From NCBI RefSeq assembly GCF_001194135.2, contig NC_068981.1, positions 116,203,587-116,267,586 of the forward strand: 64,000 nt of DNA, given 5' to 3'. Positions 53,761 to 64,000 of this stretch are shown one piece after another. The stretch is from Octopus bimaculoides (Eukaryota). How positions within the stretch are numbered: position 1 is the first letter of the stretch; every line of letters starts with the position of its first letter. A model generated the notes under the pieces. It worked only from the letters and a program-made list of their open reading frames with translations. It was not told the DNA's origin and searched no databases. A program made the translations under genes and the position numbers.

Positions 53761-54058
53761 GTATATATATGTATATAAACAATATATGAGTATATCATAT
53801 ATATGTACATGTATGTACATACCTTCATCTACATGTACATATAGATACATAACTGGGTACATGACGTGGCAAAAGAACATGGACAAAATGATAAACAAGG
53901 TACAACAAACAAGCAAGCCACACAGAAACATCTCCTTCATCAGCTGCCACCATTAAAACACCGGCGTTTATATATATATATATATATATATATAAATATA
54001 TATATATATAAATACATATGAAAGAAGGTTTGAAAATAAAATTTTAAAGATGTTTATT

Positions 54059-54103
54059 CACTTGACCGGTTTCACTTTTTTAGAGAAAATATTGTCAAAA
54101 GTA
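54059..54103 (-). ncRNA. Degenerate minimal hammerhead-like motif
   Basis: Minus strand reads (U)ACUU-UUGACAA-...-GAAA-CCG-GUC-AAGU(G), with palindromic stem III ACCGGU, a GUC triplet and an intact stem I. The core has two substitutions from CUGACGA. Confidence 0.35.
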
Positions 54104-54265
54104 AAATGTAAAGCTTTGTATAAGCTTTGTTGTGTTAAGTACTGGTTGTCACAAAAGTATTAGAAGACATATATACATTCTTTGATAATAATATGAAAAT
54201 GTTACAAACAGTTTAGAAGAAAGTATTTAAGGAAGTAGTTCAATAAAAATCATGTTTGTTTGGTA

Positions 54266-54304
<39 letters not shown>

Positions 54305-54666
54305 AGGAGATATATTTAAGAATTTATGAAAATGTGGAGAGGAACCGACCTGTCTTTTTGGCATTTTTTCTGTCTTGTGTGTAACTAAGGAATGTTTGCT
54401 GGGGGAAGGAAGAGCAATGTAGAATTAAAAATATGTTTTTGTTTCTGGGCTAGTCTGTCATGGTTCAGTGGTTTGGAGGACTGGTCTTAGAGGTCAAAAT
54501 GGTGCGAGTGTGTGTGTCTCTGTGCACGTCTCTATGTGTGTGTATATACATGTGTTTGTTCGTGTGTGTGTTAGTGTGCGTCTGTGGGTGCGTGTGTATG
54601 TTTGTGTTGTTTTGATTGTCCTTGTTGTGTGTGTGAGAGACCAACCGTATGTGTGTGTGAGGGTGC

Positions 54667-54725
<59 letters not shown>

Positions 54726-54744
54726 AAGAAAGTGAGAGATAGAC

Positions 54745-54900
54745 TACGGGCTTCTTTCAGTTTCCGTCTAACAAATCCACTCACAAGGTTCTGGTCAGCC
54801 TGTGGTTATAGTAGAAGATACCTGTCCAAAGTGCCACGCAATAGGTCTGCACCCGGAACCATGTAGCTGGGAAGTAAGTCTGTTTTACCACGCACACGTC
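54745..54900 (-). mobile_element. SINE 5' half
   Basis: gggcttctttcagtttccgtct...aatccactcacaagg...gtgccacgca...cccggaaccatgt, as at 37045-37200. Confidence 0.75.
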
Positions 54901-56449
54901 TGTGTAATATAACTATAAAAATGTGATTAACAGTTGTTTCATAGCAAATTATTGTGAAACAGTTTGGCATATTACTCTTATCCCAAATTATGGGTTAAAA
55001 CTGTTGATTTCCCGGGGTCGTAACGTTATAAACGGCAGGATGCAATACCTAATTAATTCGGTTACTTTTTTCTTCAAATATCTCAATATTTTACAAATAA
55101 TAGAATAACATATTGTGATTATTTGTGACAAAAGTGCACATGCCACAACAATGCTTAGGTTGAAAACTGTCAATCTTGCAAAAATCTCGAACATTTTGCT
55201 TGGATTTTAACTGAAACCAACATTCTCAGTAATATTAAACTGCTAACTTCATAATTTTTCACTGAATTTTTAAGCATTAGATGGAATACAGAGAACATAA
55301 GACGAAGTTTTTGGGTTTCATGAAAAAATAAATATACTTGGATATAGTAATGATATATTTCTTGATCATTTTAACTACAAGCAACTTTCCTTCCGAAATA
55401 AAGTATATTATATAGACGTCAAATATCTGTTACTACTTTTCAAATTATCACCGCTGTATTTTACGTTATGCAATTCCTTAGATTTTAACCCATTTCAGAC
55501 TCCATCGGCTGTAATAAGCATGACTAAAGTTTAAAGGTTCTTTAAGCTGCAACAGTCTGCTTCCTGAAGGTGCATTTTTTATGAAGTGTGTCTTAAACAC
55601 ACAAAAACAGGTCTATCACAGCAAACACTAATTAGATTTTCAATCGCATATGCAACGCGTTTTGTAGCCTGGTTTATTGCACCCATACGTATACAGGATG
55701 CTCATAAAATGCTTGCCATTTTCTATGTCCTCCACGTTAACACAGACATGTATTTGCACCTAACAAACACTGACAGTTAACACATCGACGAAATTATATC
55801 TGTTACTATATTTCAGTGTAAAAGTGCAATACTTTCTCTAATAATATGGCAAAATATTGCACAGTTGTAGAAATAGTGTCATTATTCCTCATACGATATA
55901 ATCATTAAGTGAATAAAGAAGAGATTAATCATGTATTTTACCAATGTAAAATGAATTGTTCTAGACATAGAATCAATGAGAAATGATGCAATAATGTTCT
56001 GGTGTCATCTATTGACCTGTGGTATTGCTGCTATTATGCGACATACATTCTAATAAACCAGAGAGGGTCCGTATAACATAAGTCCTGATACATGATTAAT
56101 GAGATTTCATGAGTATGTGTCATTATCAAGTTTATGTGAGTGAACCCGCTCTCACATGAAGCAGTACTCAGAAGAATAAATTTTAACAGTTCAGTCAGTA
56201 ATAGGTGAAAATCTTGTGGAATGTGGCGTCCATGATCCACATCGCTAATATGATAGTCCCAAAAGCGCTTCAGATTCTCTAAATAACGGAGAGAAACTAA
56301 TCTATAATTTACAATCGTTTCAGAATTTAAATCGATTTGGAATCATATTCCCATATACACATATCTTGGTGTATATGCGAAGATATATACGGACAAGTAT
56401 AAATACATACACAAATATATATATAAAATCCAGATATATATATGTCTTC

Positions 56450-56720
56450 TTTTACTTCTTTCAGTCATTTGACTGCGGCAATGTTCGAGCACCACCTTTA
56501 GTCGTACAAATAGTCCCCATGACCTATTCTTTGTAAGCCTAGTACTCATCATATCGGTCTCTTTTAACGAACCGCTAGCTACGAGGATGTAAACACACCA
56601 ACATCGGTGTCAAGTGATGGTGGGGGACAAACACACACACACAAACACACACACACACGCGCGCACACACACACGCACACACACACATACGATAGGCTTC
56701 TTTCAGTTTCCGCCTACCAA
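56450..56720 (-). mobile_element. SINE 3' half with (CA)n
   Basis: Collinear with 36818-37075. Confidence 0.75.
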
Positions 56721-58764
56721 GTGTGTGCGTGTGTATGTTTGCATGTATACATGTATATATTTATGTGTGCGTGTATCGGACTATCAAATGTTCCTCATTT
56801 ATTATCTGTAATGCAGAGACAATGGCGGAAGATACTTGGTTATTTGCTTGAGCGTTGACTCGAACCCAGAACCCTTTGGTTGTAAAACCATCTTCTTATT
56901 CACCAAACAATACTTATACTGCACACATCTGCATACATGGAAGCATGTGTGTTTATGCATGTCAGTGCACGTGCGTGCGTCTGTGTATATCGAAAACTGC
57001 GAACGTATAAAGATCGATAGACTTAGTGCGTGTGGCATGTAAATCTAATGCCAAGATTCCATCTCACAAACAGAAAGACAACGAATTGTATAGGTTGTTG
57101 TTGTGTATGCTGTATGTGTTTGTGTGTTTGTGTTTATGTGTAGTTGGCGTATGTTTTTTGCAAGACACTCATAAAAGCAGAATGCAGACCAGAACTGAGA
57201 GAGTGAAGGGGTGGGTGGAATAGATGATGAATGTGTGTGAGGAGGAGGGAAAAATAAGGGAGAAAAATGGGAGAAAGATAGGGCAAGAATACATCGCAAA
57301 TCTATCAATATGGTTTTTTTAGTAAACATCAATGAGAATAGATCGAATTCAAGCTATAGCCCAAGGAAATGTAACAAATCCACTGCCACGTGAGACATAC
57401 GAGCCCACGCACGCACACAGACAGACAGACAGACACACACACACACACACACATACACACACACACACACACAAACACACATAAACACTTACACATTTTC
57501 ATGCACAAATGAATATAGAAACTCGCACATGCGTACATAATTACATACACACGTACACACATGTAAACACCAACCGGCTACCACGCACCCATTTATGAAT
57601 ACATACGTACATACAAACATACATAAATTCATAGAAGTAGCCTGTCTGTGAAAAAATTATTCATCTACAAAAGTACAAAAATAAAACAAGAAAAACAATG
57701 GATGAAACAGAAAACAATGTAACAATTTTTGCAAAGAAGATCGTCACTGACTAAAAGTTAGAAAGCAAAGCTCTACAGAAATATCTCGTGTGTAATAACA
57801 ATTACAGTTAAATATCTATTTACCATTCAACTGCCAAAAAACAACACAAAAGAAAAGATGGGTGAACGAGAGTGAGGTGAAGGTGGGGAGAAGAAAACAG
57901 AAGAGAGAAAACAAATAAAAATGATTTTAAAAAATCCCTGTCAAATAGCAATAGAAGTAGAAAGGTAAGAAAGAAGTGTGGAGAGAAAACCTGCTGGGGA
58001 GTAAAAGTCAATGTCTGTTTCTTCTCAAATTTTTATGCCGCGAAAAGAAAGTACCGAGTGGTGCTTGTCTGTTTGAATGATTTTCTTTACGAAGAAATAA
58101 GATTTCATAGCCAAAGCAGCTGTTTCAAGTAAGAAGAAAAAAGTGTTTTTCTCGCTAGTTTCAAACCACAATGAAAGCACGGGAATATCGTTATAGTAGG
58201 TGCCCATCGAGAAGTCTATAGTTCAAATAATCTGTATTCTGGACTCATGCGGACATTCAGTAATATCATCGTTTGGACAGTTGAAAATACATTTTGGCAG
58301 ATTTTGTCTTACTTTTTTTTAATTATTTAATGAAAAGCATTCCGAGCTATTTCCTTCCGGAAAAGGATTTAGGACAAATATATTATATATATATATANNN
58401 NNNNNNNNNNNNNNNNNNNNNNNNNNNNNNNNNNNNNNNNNNNNNNNNNNNNNNNNNNNNNNNNNNNNNNNNNNNNNNNNNNNNNNNNNNNNNNNNNNNN
58501 NNNNNNNNNNNNNNNNNNNNNNNNNNNNNNNNNNNNNNNNNNNNNNNNNNNNNNNNNNNNNNNNNNNNNNNNNNNNNNNNNNNNNNNNNNNNNNNNNNNN
58601 NNNNNNNNNNNNNNNNNNNNNNNNNNNNNNNNNNNNNNNNNNNNNNNNNNNNNNNNNNNNNNNNNNNNNNNNNNNNNNNNNNNNNNNNNNNNNNNNNNNN
58701 NNNNNNNNNNNNNGTATTACCTCTAACTTTTACTTTACCTACGTGTATATATATATATATATAT

Positions 58765-58912
58765 ATCAAAATAAGCAACACGGATTTTAAAGATGATTGT
58801 AGTACGCACGTTTCATGCTACTCCATTTATTTAAGTAATGCGAGCATTACATTAAATGCAATATGTAGAGCAATCTTCAGCTGCACAGAAATGTAGAAAA
58901 TTACAGTAGAAT
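58765..58912 (+). repeat. ~140 bp sequence duplicated at 61704-61837
   Basis: atcaaaataagcaacacggattttaaagatgattg...cagctgcac is near-identical at both sites. Confidence 0.9.
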
Positions 58913-59454
58913 AGACATATTATAATTGTGGCAACATTTAAAATCCAAGTGGGAAGAAGAATACATAAAAATCCATCTTGACATAGCTAAGGCTAGCAGG
59001 TTAGTAATTAGTTCTAGGTAGAACTCTAACTGTGTCTGATTTTATTGTCTCTTATCTAGGGGTTTTAGTATAAGGGGCAATCACTTCTAAGGAAAGGGAA
59101 GGTGTAAGCATTATACATGGATATGGTTATAAAGGTTTCTCTGGTCAAAGAAAATCATCGACTGTGTGTTCGCCTGAAATATATGTATTACGTGCAGAAG
59201 CGAGCTGCTATAATCTCTAGAAGATGAGGTGTCTAATACTGAGGAGTGGCAGAAATAGTTCGAAAGTAGGACTGGTCTACTGGTCTTGTCGCAAGGAGAT
59301 GGTAGGGGTTCACTCCTTTCCTTGCAATTTCATCGGATGCAGCTGTGCATCGTTAACCAGCTAGCGGAGATGTTTTCTTGGGGTTAAAAAAATTGCAGTA
59401 GAGTCCGCTCGCACGGACAGCCATGTTAATGTGGCTACGAATATTACTTACAGA

Positions 59455-59493
<39 letters not shown>

Positions 59494-59520
59494 NNNNNNN
59501 NNNNNNNNNNNNNNNNNNNN

Positions 59521-59586
<66 letters not shown>

Positions 59587-59834
59587 ATTGTATGTATTTT
59601 TGATGGTGAGGAGGTGAGGCTATAATGCTAGTCCAGAAACCGGTCTACATGAGTGCAAATACTTGTATGTATGCTGATACATTGTCTTCACACGTTTTCC
59701 CTCGGATGATTGATTTCTGTAGTCATTATCAGTGTAGTTTCGGCGATTCAAATAAGAGATTTGAATGTTATTTCTAGCAGGTAGACATACTTAGCAGGTC
59801 CTTTGATCAATTTTAATGCCTCACTATATATAAT

Positions 59835-59867
<33 letters not shown>

Positions 59868-60209
59868 NNNNNNNNNNAGTCTCTTCCTGAGTAGTGGATC
59901 GACCAACTAAACAGAGGATTCCAAGGTAACAAACACAAACCAAGACAGGAAAAATTGGACAGTGAAAACAACATTAAAATGCCGTACGGCCAAACGCGAA
60001 TCTGACGTAGAACGCTAGCAGTTCTTCTCGCCTTCATAGTGGGTGGAGTGAAAAGAGAGTTGACCACAGGTCACGCGTGAGCATAGAGTATGGTGGAGGG
60101 AAGAAGTGGAACGAGGAGGAAGAGAGAGATATGTGTGTAGCAGTGAAGGAGAAGCCAAGACAACAGAAGGAAGCAGAGCGAGAGGGGGAGATGGGTAAGN
60201 NNNNNNNNN

Positions 60210-60242
<33 letters not shown>

Positions 60243-60249
60243 GAAAGAA

Positions 60250-60418
60250 AAGAAAAGAAATGTAAGAGTCACAGAAACTTTGTAGAATAAACTTTATGGT
60301 GATATTAGTATCATATTACATCATTACAAACTAAATAAGATGTAATGATGTAATATGATCTAATATTACCATAATTTTTATTCTATAAACTTTTTGTGAC
60401 TCTTACATTTCTTTTCTT
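60250..60418. repeat. Imperfect palindrome, ~79 bp arms and 12 nt loop
   Basis: 60250-60328 versus the reverse complement of 60341-60418 shows 6 substitutions and 1 indel. Confidence 0.92.
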
Positions 60419-61801
60419 GTATACCTATGCCACGTGTATACAGATCATTCCATTATTTACTATAAGAATAAAATAAATGCACCCTTTTAACCTCTAGCTA
60501 GGCTCATGGGGCCGGTTTCCCGGTTTCTATGGCGTATGTGTTCCTCAGCTGTTTGCCTTATCGGTTAAATCCCTTCCTTCATTAATGTTGTCTTTTAATT
60601 CCACTACTAAGTTAACGTAATGTATATTTAAATTGTTGATGGTTGCAATATGAATGTGACCTAATTTGTTTTATTTTATAATTTATAATTTATAATTTAT
60701 CTTGATAAACATATCCTTAAATTATGTCTCAAAACTATTTTACACTTAAAAATAAATATAATTATTTGATAGGGTTAATCACAATGGAGTGAATTATGTA
60801 GATCAAAAATATTATTTTGCTAGATTTACCTCTCTTTGACCATTAATTTGTATTTCTCTTAAGATCTATAATAGGTAATTTTTCTTTCTTTGTGTTATTT
60901 TATTTACCTTCTTTTCAAACCTCTAACGGTTTTTATTTGATGAAACAGCATCGTATGCATGTAGTTACTTAATATGCTAGGTTAACAATTCTACTTAGTT
61001 ACTCTACTATATAACGGTTTTCTTAACCGATATTGCAAGCAGCTTCAATATGTTCATGTCATAACAACCTGATTAGAACTTTTTTATACACATGTAATTT
61101 AAGTACAAGTAATAATGTTCTCTTGTCAATTAATGTAACTTGGCCCCGAAGAGATGGAAGGCCCTAATTTCTTATCTCAGACAAGAGTGAGTCGGGATTT
61201 TGCATCAAAATGTGCATAGGATAATAAACAAGTTTTATTAATATATAGGATTGCGTCATGACTCTTATTTCAATTGATATGCACCCAAAATTGTATCACC
61301 TATACGAAAGTCATTATATTTAAACAAAGTATAAACAACTTTTCAAGTGAGAATTTTGCTACTTTGGTAACAGTTACAATACTTATTTTACCAAAATATT
61401 TGGTAGATATTTAAATACACACACGCANNNNNNNNNNNNNNNNNNNNNNNNNNNNNNNNNNNNNNNNNNNNNNNNNNNNNNNNNNNNNNNNNNNNNNNNN
61501 NNNNNNNNNNNNNNNNNNNNNNNNNNNNNNNNNNNNNNNNNNNNNNNNNNNNNNNNNNNNNNNNNNNNNNNNNNNNNNNNNNNNNNNNNNNNNNNNNNNN
61601 NNNNNNNNTAAAGGTTTAGATTTAGATTCAACATTGAATATGGTACTTATGTTTAGGCACCAGAATATAGTATGGTATTATACAAAAGCGAGGTGATCAA
61701 AAAATCAAAATAAGCAACACGGATTTTAAAGATGATTGCAGTACGCACGTTTCATGCTACTCCATTTATTTAAGTAATGCGAGCATTACATTAAATGCAA
61801 T

Positions 61802-61890
61802 ATGTAGAGCAATCTTCAGCTGCACGAAAATGTAGAATGTATTCTACTGTAATTTTCTACACTTTCGTGCAGCTGAAGATTGCTCTACAT
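61802..61890. repeat. Fold-back inverted repeat, 36 bp arms with 1 mismatch
   Basis: 61802-61837 versus 61855-61890; it abuts the broken 3' end of the LINE. Confidence 0.92.
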
Positions 61891-63218
61891 TTTGAGTGCA
61901 GCACTTACCTCAGTCTTCGGAAATACCCCATCCTCAGTTGCTCTTTCATTTCCTTTTCCATTATCTCGTTGAACTCTAGTACACCAAGGTATTTGTATCC
62001 TTCCGTTTCAATTTATTGAATCAGGTCTCTGTTCGGTAATTCTATCCCCGCTAGGGACTGTACTTTGCCTCTTTTTAGGTAGATTATTCCGCACTTCTGG
62101 AGTCCAAATTCCATTCTAATATCAGTACTAAAACAGTGGACTGTGTACACCAAGGAACTCACTTGAGTCTCTTCTTTGCCATACAGTTTCAAATCATCCA
62201 TGAAGAAGAGGTGGCTGATTGTTTGGGATTTTTCCTTTAGTCGGTACCCCAAGTTCATTTTCCTAAGTACCAAGGTCAGGGGTGTCATGTAGAGAACAAA
62301 AAGTAATGGAGATAGGCTATCATCCTGTAAAATACCTCTTCTAATAGCCCAATCTTTTTCCATAAGATGTCAGTTCAGTTTTGCACCCCCACTATACTTC
62401 TCTTTGGGAAATACGTTACATTCCTCGCAGTTCCAAATGGATCTAAGCACTCGATGATCCACGAATCTGGAATCATATCACAAGCTTTGCAATAGTCAAT
62501 CCAGGCCATGCCCAGATTTGTTCTCTTTCGTTTACAATCTTGCATTAACATTTTGTCTATCAATAGTTAATCTTTGGTACCTCTGCACCTCCTTCTACCG
62601 CCTTTTTGATCGGGCGGGAATATATCGTTCTCATCAAGAAATTTATAGTTCTGCAATTCCTCCTGACAGTAACTTCCACATTAATGGGATGCAGGGAATT
62701 GGTCTGTAATCGTCAGCAGCATTTCCCTTTGATGCATCATTTAGGCACAACACAGTTTGTTCATTTGTCTACCAGCCCGAGATTTCTTCTTCTTCATTGA
62801 TCAATGCACTAAATTGCTCTCCGATCTGAACATTTTTATGCAAAATCCCTGTACACCATCAGGTCCTGCTGCTTTCCAATTGCTTATCTTGCTACTAATA
62901 TTTCTGATACTGTCTTCTGTGAAGTTAATAGCCGTTTGCTAGGGAGAAGAATCTCTTTGTTTCAGGCTGCAGAACCATTCAACTGTAGTATTATGCTGAC
63001 TGTTTACTCCATATCTTACCCCCAAAAAGTCGAATTTCATCAGCATTAGGGGCTAATCTTTCAGATTTATGATCATTAATCTTTTCGTAAAATCCTTTCT
63101 TAGTCGGATCAAACATTTGCTATGCTGGTATTGGTTAATCCATTGTTCACACCTAGTTAGCTTTGCTCTTTTTGTATGCATGCGCTGCTTCAGTTCTTCA
63201 ATTATAACATTCAGGCCT
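61891..63218 (-). mobile_element. R4/Dong-type LINE RT region, 3'-truncated, degenerate
   Basis: GLNVIIEELKQR, WKAAGPDGVQGFCIK, MAWIDYCKACDMIPDSW, GILQDDSLSPLLFVL, HLFFMDDLKLYGK, FGLQKC, GYKYLGVLE and FRRLR*VLHSK. Confidence 0.9.
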
Positions 63219-63792
63219 GAAACGAATGCACAGTGAATGGAAGACAATGGAACTGTTTGAAATTACTGAACAGAGATTATGTGACCAACCAAGGGTAATA
63301 AGAAAGAATGGATGGTTAGCAGAAATGGAGCTAGAAACTAATAAAAGAAGGATATCGGGTGAGGCTGGGCATGCGAGAAACGAAAGTGGTATAAACGAAG
63401 AGATGGAAAATTGTTTGCAAGAATATGATACCGTGAATTGTGAAAGAATTAAGATCAGTGAATATTTAAACAATGAAGATCGATTAATAATAATAGAGAG
63501 AATTTTGGATCTATTAAATACAGAAAGAACAAATTTATGGAGACAAAATCAAGAGACGAATAAATTCAATAATGTATTGAGACACATTAAAACAAAGAAC
63601 ATCACACAAACAAATAATCTTATCAAGTCTGCTAGTAGGATTGTGGCAGAAAGAATGGGATTGAGAACTACTGCGAATAGAACATCGACGGATAGAAGAG
63701 GAAAAAACAACCGTGGTGGAAAAGGAGAAATTCTGAAAATATAAACTCCTTGAACAGTGTAGTGTCAATACTCGGGAAAAGAAATTGAGAAA
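63219..63792 (+). mobile_element. Inverted upstream segment of an R4/Dong-type LINE
   Basis: KRMHSEW...EQRLCDQPRVIRKNGWLAEMELE...TNNLIKSASRIVAERMG...PWWKRR...SILGKRN*EI lies on the strand opposite to the adjacent RT. Confidence 0.85.
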
Positions 63793-63832
63793 TTATTATT
63801 ATTACTTTCATTATTATTATTATTATTATTTT
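63791..63832. repeat. (ATT)n tract, i.e. (AAT)n on the minus strand
   Basis: Direct reading of the sequence. Confidence 0.9.
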
Positions 63833-64000
63833 ATGTTTGACTTTTGTTTTGCATTTGTACAAGTTGGATCCAAGTCTCACCCAGAGACCTCAAGAGACAA
63901 CAAGTTAGAAGTTCATGTAGGTGTTATGCCTAGGGTACCATATATTTGGATTTGTACAGTTTTGTTCAAGTGAATGTTTAAGAAACCATAAGAAAATTAT
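63833..64000 (-). mobile_element. Dong-type LINE 3' UTR (same subfamily as the terminus at 30875-30940)
   Basis: Reverse complement ...ttgaggtctctgggtgagacttggatccaacttgtacaaatgcaaaacaaaagtc matches 30877-30930 and is followed by (AAT)n on the minus strand. Confidence 0.75.

Noticed and set aside
55440-55800. Unique-looking stretch with a CTAATTAG homeodomain-type site as a candidate enhancer
   Set aside because: Such motifs are expected by chance in AT-rich DNA, and conservation cannot be assessed here.
58245-58320. atgcggacattc...cagttgaaaatacatttt, faintly like homeobox MRTSF...QL
   Set aside because: The frames are inconsistent and there is no NPDAKDL or WFQN downstream.
59200-60200. 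GC-richer fragments with WIDQL-like peptide
   Set aside because: Short and gap-interrupted, with no supportable family assignment.

Overview
AT-rich, microsatellite-laden animal genomic DNA from a gapped draft assembly (about 18 N-runs). The repeat content suggests a coleoid cephalopod, probably Octopus; this is inference. The only host coding sequence I can support is one internal + strand exon (23155-23570) of a LIM-homeobox gene of the Lhx2/9 (apterous) group, encoding LIM2 and the KGRxRKRK linker. No LIM1 or homeobox exon is visible, so most of the window is probably intronic. The rest is decayed mobile DNA: R4/Dong-type RLE LINEs, including a same-strand stack in (AAT)n tracts at 26.5-33.9 kb and a 5'-inverted copy at 61.9-63.8 kb; Penelope-like fragments; a CR1-type LINE; mariner and Tc1 transposons (one DD36E); a probable non-autonomous Helitron; and tRNA-derived SINEs. 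The most interesting signals are minimal hammerhead-like motifs (including an inverted pair 570 nt downstream of the exon), a twin-priming-like inversion in an RLE-clade LINE, a non-coding ~550 bp element confined to (AAT)n, and several short-loop fold-backs. Nearly all long ORFs in the supplied track are microsatellite or N-gap artefacts. No rRNA, true tRNA or CRISPR array was found.
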